Part shown: in pieces, positions 59,010 to 64,000 of the stretch | Numbering within the stretch: the first letter of the stretch is position 1 | How the letters are laid out: each line of letters begins with the position of its first letter | Assembly: GCA_965215565.1 (NCBI GenBank) | Contig: CBDCDZ010000004.1 | Span: 2,464,001-2,528,000, forward strand | Direction: 5' to 3' | DNA from: Trueperaceae bacterium | GTDB lineage: Bacteria; Deinococcota; Deinococci; Deinococcales; Trueperaceae | Length of the DNA stretch: 64,000 nucleotides | Translations under genes and position numbers: made by a program | The notes under the pieces: model-generated | Databases searched by the model: none | Told to the model about the DNA's origin: nothing | The model's input: only the letters and a program-made list of their open reading frames with translations

Positions 59010-59932
59010 GCGCTCGCCCGTTTCGGTCTGAAAGACTCCAAGACGAGCCTGAGAATCATCGGGATGCGCGCCCACTGCTTGCGCTGCACGCGCTTGGCGA
59101 GGGTGACGAGCAGCCCTAAGTATACGCTCGGCAAAGCCTCGGGCGCGTGCTTGCGCGTATACAGCAGACGGTTGCGGACGCCGTAGTAGTCCGCCAAGCG
59201 GCTCTTTTTCGCGCCGTCGCTGGACGAGCCTATAGACCCGCCCTCCTTGTGATAGACGACGCTCTCGGGTGCAAACGCGAGCGCGTAGCGCCCTTTCGCC
59301 CGCGCCGCCCAGTCCACCTCTTCGAAGTAGAGAAAGTAGTCTTCGGACATGAGCCCGACCTCATCTAAAAAAGACCTCGAGACCAAACACGACGCCCCTA
59401 CCAGATAGTCCAGTTGCGCCTCGACCTCTTCCGCGTCAACCTCTTCACCTCTTGGCGCGTCTTGACCGATGTGACGCGACGTGGAGAGCCATTTGTTATA
59501 CGTCGCGCCGCCGTACGCCTGAATCCTGCTCCTATCGTGATGATAGACGAGCGTGGAGCCGCAGAGCCCCGCCTCCGGTTTCTCCTGCATCCGCTTCACA
59601 AGCTGCGTGAGTGCGCCCGGCTCAACTAAGGTGTCGTTATTGAGGAGCCAAGCGTAGTCCGCGTCACGCTCTAACGCATAGCGGAGACCGACGTTCGTCC
59701 CGCCAGCAAAGCCCAAGTTCGCCCCGCTCTGGATGATGACGTGCTGCGGATAGCACCCCTTCAAGACCTCTTCTGAGCTGTCCGAGGAGTCGTTATCCAC
59801 CACAACGACTTCGAAGTTGAGATACTCGAGCCCTTTTAGCGACTCGAGACAGTCTAGCGTGTCCGCCAGCCCGTTCCAGTTGAGGATGACGATGAAGACT
59901 TTGGGCGCAACTTGAAATTGAGATTCAGACAC
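59006..59932 (-). CDS. GT2 glycosyltransferase (WbbL-like)
   Basis: ILNWNG, NLGFAGG.N, LLNND and YFLYFEEVDW motifs. Confidence 0.9.
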   Translation of the reverse strand: MSESQFQVAPKVFIVILNWNGLADTLDCLESLKGLEYLNFEVVVVDNDSSDSSEEVLKGCYPQHVIIQSGANLGFAGGTNVGLRYALERDADYAWLLNNDTLVEPGALTQLVKRMQEKPEAGLCGSTLVYHHDRSRIQAYGGATYNKWLSTSRHIGQDAPRGEEVDAEEVEAQLDYLVGASCLVSRSFLDEVGLMSEDYFLYFEEVDWAARAKGRYALAFAPESVVYHKEGGSIGSSSDGAKKSRLADYYGVRNRLLYTRKHAPEALPSVYLGLLVTLAKRVQRKQWARIPMILRLVLESFRPKRASA

Positions 59933-60809
59933 GCTTGCCCATCTTTCCCGCTAAGCCGTGCAGAAGTCCTTGCGCCACCGCTTCTAACTTCTCCCGTTTA
60001 CGCTTTTCGACTAGAATAATCTTGCTGATTTCTTTAAGAAAACCGAGCATGTCTCGCAGCACCCAGCGCGGTTCTGAGGTGAAATAACGGCGGTAGACCG
60101 TCAGACGATTTCTCGAGCTGTAATAGCGGCGTAAAGAACTGTGGTTCGTGGCGTGAAAGGTGAGACCGAACCTCTTATACTTCTCCGTCTCGCCTAAGTT
60201 GTGCTTCAGGATGGCGGTGCGGGACTCGAGCACTCCGAACCCCTCACGCCGAGCGCGCAAGCAAAATTCGTGGTCTACGTAGTCGATGAAGAGGTCTTCC
60301 TCGAACAGTCCTGTTTTAGCGAGCGCATCCGCTTTCACTAAATTTCCTGACGTCATCGTTGAGACAATCTCTTGACAAGGTTCGCCGCTCGGCTCACCGT
60401 GCTGGAACACCGTACCCGTTGTCTCGTCGCGGTAGACGGGGGAGAGGATGGCGATGTGCTCTCTGTTCGAATAAGCGTTATAAGCCTCCAACAACCTCTC
60501 CACAAATTCAGGCGGCGGCTTGCTGTCTTGGTCAAATGTAGCAATCCACGTGTAACCCTGTTCTAAAGCGTACTTAATACCGATATTGAGCGCGGCGGCG
60601 ATACCTAAGTTCTCTTGATTGTAGAACACTTTGACGCCGCATTCTTCTATCTGTTGGATGGGTCCCAGGTTTGCGGAGCCGTTATCCACGACGACGACCT
60701 CTTGCACTTGAGGGCGTAGGGCGGTGACGTTCTCGAGTAGCCCCTCACCCGGGTTAAACGTCACGACGACGGCGCAGACATCGCGGTCAGGATTTGCAAA
60801 TAGAGTCAC
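59925..60809 (-). CDS. GT2 rhamnosyltransferase (RfbF-like)
   Basis: VVTFNP, NLGIAAALN, FDQDS, TSG, LFIDYVDHEFCLR and RRYY..RN motifs. Confidence 0.88.
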   Translation of the reverse strand: MTLFANPDRDVCAVVVTFNPGEGLLENVTALRPQVQEVVVVDNGSANLGPIQQIEECGVKVFYNQENLGIAAALNIGIKYALEQGYTWIATFDQDSKPPPEFVERLLEAYNAYSNREHIAILSPVYRDETTGTVFQHGEPSGEPCQEIVSTMTSGNLVKADALAKTGLFEEDLFIDYVDHEFCLRARREGFGVLESRTAILKHNLGETEKYKRFGLTFHATNHSSLRRYYSSRNRLTVYRRYFTSEPRWVLRDMLGFLKEISKIILVEKRKREKLEAVAQGLLHGLAGKMGKRV

Positions 60810-60835
60810 ATTTACCTACACACCGCGAGAAGAGG

Positions 60836-61750
60836 TCAAGGCGTGACTCTGCGCCCGCTTCTCCCTAAAAGCGCATCTATCCCAGCTTTCGAAATCATCG
60901 CCGCCTTTTCCTGATGCTTTTCTTTGCCGAATATCTTTAAGAGTGCGCCCAGCGCAATGACTTTGACCGCCTTGAACTTCGCGCCCAAATACCCTTCGTG
61001 CTCGGCGCGGCGGAAGACGAGGTTGCGGTAGTCGTAGTAGAGCTTCCAACTCGGCTGCTCGGGCACGCTGACCTTGCGCCCTAAGATGTTGACGTCTTCG
61101 CGCGGCACTTTTTTCATGTCCGCGTGGTAGATGGGGCCGTACGGAAGGCGCAGAATCTTTGCGCCCGCTTTGTGAATGCGGAAGGAATACTCCAAGTCGT
61201 CGTGGTAGATGAAGTAGTGCGCGTGAGGGTAGCCGATCTTTTCGACTAACGTGCGCGGCAGCGCCATCCCGACGAAGATGCCGAACTCCTCTTCGACGGG
61301 TTCAGTCGCGGCAAGTCCACCCTTTTTCTCGTAGGGTAAGGACGGGTTGACGAGCGCATTTTTGCCGTCGTAGAAGTCGGCGAGCGCTTTCGTTGCGCCC
61401 TCGGAGGGAAGCGCGTCATCGTCCATCACCCAGATGAGGTTGCAGTCAATCTGCGCGGCGCGTTTGAAGCCCGCGTGAAAGCCGCCTGCGCCGCCTGTGT
61501 TTTCAGGCAGGACGAGAAGCTCGAGCCCCGGATACGCCTTAGAGAGCATGTCCACTGTTCCGTCCGTGCTCGCGTTGTCCACAATCAAGATGTGACTGAC
61601 CGGATAGGACTGATTCAAAATGCCATCCAAGCAGCGTTTCAAAAGCTCTTTACGGTTGTAAGTGACGACGACAGCGCAAATTTTAACCGTCTTTTTCGGC
61701 ACTTCCCGCTCCGGCGCGACGCCCGTATCCCTTAATACAGAAGAGGTCAT
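60836..61750 (-). CDS. GT2 glycosyltransferase (galactofuranosyltransferase-like)
   Basis: VVTYNR, NTGGAGGF, WVMDDD and FIYHDDLEY motifs; coupled to glf. Confidence 0.8.
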   Translation of the reverse strand: MTSSVLRDTGVAPEREVPKKTVKICAVVVTYNRKELLKRCLDGILNQSYPVSHILIVDNASTDGTVDMLSKAYPGLELLVLPENTGGAGGFHAGFKRAAQIDCNLIWVMDDDALPSEGATKALADFYDGKNALVNPSLPYEKKGGLAATEPVEEEFGIFVGMALPRTLVEKIGYPHAHYFIYHDDLEYSFRIHKAGAKILRLPYGPIYHADMKKVPREDVNILGRKVSVPEQPSWKLYYDYRNLVFRRAEHEGYLGAKFKAVKVIALGALLKIFGKEKHQEKAAMISKAGIDALLGRSGRRVTP

Positions 61751-62862
61751 TTCGCCATCCTTTCAAAGAGGCTCAAGGCTCGCCCCGTCGCCTGGTCCAT
61801 GTTGTAGTACTTGTAGTCACCTAAGCGTCCCGCGAAGATGACGTTGTCCTGCTCCTTCGCCTCTTCCAAATACTTCTCGTACACCTCGCGGTTCTCGTCG
61901 CGTGGAATTGGGTAGTAAGGCTCGTTTTCACCCAACACGTAGCGCTGCGGGTATTCGGTGACGAGCGTTGTCTTGGGTAACTTCTGACCCGTCAAGTGCT
62001 TCTGCTCGGTGGTGCGGGTGAACTCGTACTCGTTCGGGTAGTTGACCGTCCCGACCTCTTGGTGCTGCGCTTCGTCGAGCGTGGTCAAGCCGAAGCGCAC
62101 GCTCCGGTACGGGAGCGCGCCGTGTTTATAGTCAAAATAGGCGTCGATCTGTCCGGTATAGACCATCTGCTTATACGTGACCTCTTCGGCAATATCTTGA
62201 TAAGGCGTATTGAGAAGCACGCGGATGTTCGGGTGCTTGAGCATCCGCTTGAAGAGTTGCGTGTAGCCGTAGAGAGGAATCGCCTGATACGTGTCCTGAA
62301 AGTAGCGGTCGTCGCGGCTGATATGCACGGGCACGCGCCCCGTGACTGCGGGGCTAAGCTCCTCGGGCGTAAGTTCCCACTGTTTGGTGGTGTAGCCGTA
62401 GAAGACCTTTTGATAGATGTAATCCGCCAACTCTTGCAGCGGTTCAATCCCGCTCTCCCTCATCTTCAAAATCGGCACTTTGACGCCGAAGCCGTAGTGC
62501 TCTAAGAGGAGGCACTCGAGCCTTTTGGCGTAATCTGGCGGAAAGAGCATATAAAGTGCGTTGAGGTTAAAGGGCAGCGGCACTTTTCGCCCGTCTACCA
62601 CGCCCAAAACATGATGGTAGTAAGGACGCCACTCGGTGAAATTCGAGAGGTAATTCCAGACCTTTTGCGAGTTCGTGTGGAAGATGTGCGGTCCGTACTT
62701 GTGCACCAAAACGCCGTGTTCATTGTGCTCGTCGTAGGCGTTGCCGCCGATGTGGTCGCGGCGGTCTACTAAGAGCACCTTTTGGTCCAGTTGCGTCGCG
62801 ATGCGCTCCGCCAGCGTCGCACCTGTAAAGCCTGCGCCGACGATGATCCAGTCTACGTTCAT
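61747..62862 (-). CDS. glf: UDP-galactopyranose mutase
   Basis: GAGFTG, HIGGNAYD, HKYGPHIFHT, PYYP and GRLGDYKYYNMDQ motifs. Confidence 0.97.
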   Translation of the reverse strand: MNVDWIIVGAGFTGATLAERIATQLDQKVLLVDRRDHIGGNAYDEHNEHGVLVHKYGPHIFHTNSQKVWNYLSNFTEWRPYYHHVLGVVDGRKVPLPFNLNALYMLFPPDYAKRLECLLLEHYGFGVKVPILKMRESGIEPLQELADYIYQKVFYGYTTKQWELTPEELSPAVTGRVPVHISRDDRYFQDTYQAIPLYGYTQLFKRMLKHPNIRVLLNTPYQDIAEEVTYKQMVYTGQIDAYFDYKHGALPYRSVRFGLTTLDEAQHQEVGTVNYPNEYEFTRTTEQKHLTGQKLPKTTLVTEYPQRYVLGENEPYYPIPRDENREVYEKYLEEAKEQDNVIFAGRLGDYKYYNMDQATGRALSLFERMAK

Positions 62863-63023
62863 AGAGGTCTCCTGCTAAAATCTGTAAGATTTTGGCAACG
62901 TTTAGCGGTTAAGGACCACGATTCATTCGTGGTCCGACTCCGCAAGTTCTCACTGTGGAGGTCTGTGCTCATAGAGGTCTACTTTCTTTTGAAGTCGTTG
63001 TGAAAAAAGTCATATTAGTTCTA

Positions 63024-63989
63024 TCAGTCTACGTCTTGAGGCGTCTTCAGCCACGCTGATAGGTCACGGTCAATCAAGGTTTGTAACTTGAGGATGTCCT
63101 CGCGGTAAAGCTCGGTGAGTTCCGCCTTGACCTGCGGGTCTAAGGGCGGCTTGGCGAGGTTGTTCTGCCGCACATTGGTGATGAGCTTATAGCGCAGCCC
63201 ATCCGGGATGAGGTATTTGAAGGTGGACTTAAACCAGTTGGGTTTGGCTAAAAAGCTGTGGAGGGCTCTGTTTTTGGGCACGCCCGAGACGTTGAGTTTG
63301 AGAGAGGTATCGGGTTTGAAGTCGGGGTCTACCCCTAAGAACGCGAAGAGGTCACGGAATAAGGCGTCGGCGTCGTGCTTGAGGTCCTCTTGCAGATAGA
63401 CCTTGATGTTCTCAGCCGGAAAGTGCGCGTAGTAGCGGCTCAGTTGCGCGTAGTAGAACCCTAAGCGGCGGTAGTGCCAGATGTGTTCGTAACCTGCGGC
63501 GACGCGGGCGTCCTCTTCGCGTAACGCTTGCGCGAAATCTCGAAGCGGCTCACGGTCGTCGCGGATGAGGTGGAGGAAGCTGGCGTAAGCGCGTTCGGCG
63601 GGGTTGCGCAGCATCACGATGATTTTGGCGTCGGGGACGTAGTGAGTGATGCGCTTTATGGCGCGTTCGCTGTAGAGGTACAAGGGTGAAGCTTCGCCCA
63701 GCGCGATTTCGTCCGTGACGCCATCATACTGCGCCTTGTAATCCTCCAAAGAGGTCACGGAGAAGTCGTTGACGGCTTCATCGTCGCCCGGCCCGGTGAA
63801 GGTAAGAGGTTGATTCTCTAAGGCAAAAAAGTTCGTCTCTTTCGTGTGCGAGACGTACACCTGCGGGTGCTGCTTGATGTAGGCGTGCAGCGCCGTCGTG
63901 CCCGCTTTCGCCGCACCGACAATCAAAAAGTTAGGCATCTGGTGAGAGGTTGTATCTGTAGTCGTTGGTGAGGTTGTCAGTTGGGTCAT
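63024..63989 (-). CDS. PAPS-dependent sulfotransferase
   Basis: PNFLIVGAAKAGTT (5'-PSB loop), KETNFF, GEASPLY and LRNPAERAYAS (3'-PB) motifs. Confidence 0.92.
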   Translation of the reverse strand: MTQLTTSPTTTDTTSHQMPNFLIVGAAKAGTTALHAYIKQHPQVYVSHTKETNFFALENQPLTFTGPGDDEAVNDFSVTSLEDYKAQYDGVTDEIALGEASPLYLYSERAIKRITHYVPDAKIIVMLRNPAERAYASFLHLIRDDREPLRDFAQALREEDARVAAGYEHIWHYRRLGFYYAQLSRYYAHFPAENIKVYLQEDLKHDADALFRDLFAFLGVDPDFKPDTSLKLNVSGVPKNRALHSFLAKPNWFKSTFKYLIPDGLRYKLITNVRQNNLAKPPLDPQVKAELTELYREDILKLQTLIDRDLSAWLKTPQDVD

Positions 63990-64000
63990 AAAATCCTTCT

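Noticed and set aside
1..64000. CRISPR arrays, tRNA or rRNA genes, prophage, integrase or transposase genes
   Set aside because: None recognised; the dispersed repeats are isolated rather than arrayed, and no cas, phage or transposase ORFs are seen

Overview
GC-rich bacterial chromosome segment, probably Deinococcota (Truepera-like). This is an inference from TANNNT boxes sitting directly before start codons, the gene content and c-di-GMP-II-like RNAs. Most of the window is housekeeping: gdhB, lspA, prmC, rpmH-rnpA-yidD-yidC-jag, sucAB, hemW, rpmB, ftsK and the distal part of a surface-polysaccharide locus (sulfotransferase, glf, glycosyltransferases, Wzy/ligase). The most striking region is 19.1-26.8 kb. 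It encodes four paralogous, Cys-free secreted pilin-like proteins with a shared N-terminal donor-strand-like motif, a PapD/DUF916-like chaperone and a convergent 1037-aa usher-like protein, which together look like a non-canonical chaperone-usher fibre. Three c-di-GMP-II riboswitch-like RNAs precede these genes: a tandem pair, one with a variant pocket base, and a single one before the likely major subunit. A fourth c-di-GMP-II-like RNA at 41.9 kb precedes a PL9-like lipoprotein and carries a ~70-nt insertion that appears derived from a TA-flanked MITE-like repeat, which has at least seven other copies in the window. Also seen: GTAG-type REP palindromes, three frameshifted genes, many probable leaderless genes and apparent CTCGAG over-representation. 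All calls come from reading the sequence; no searches were run.
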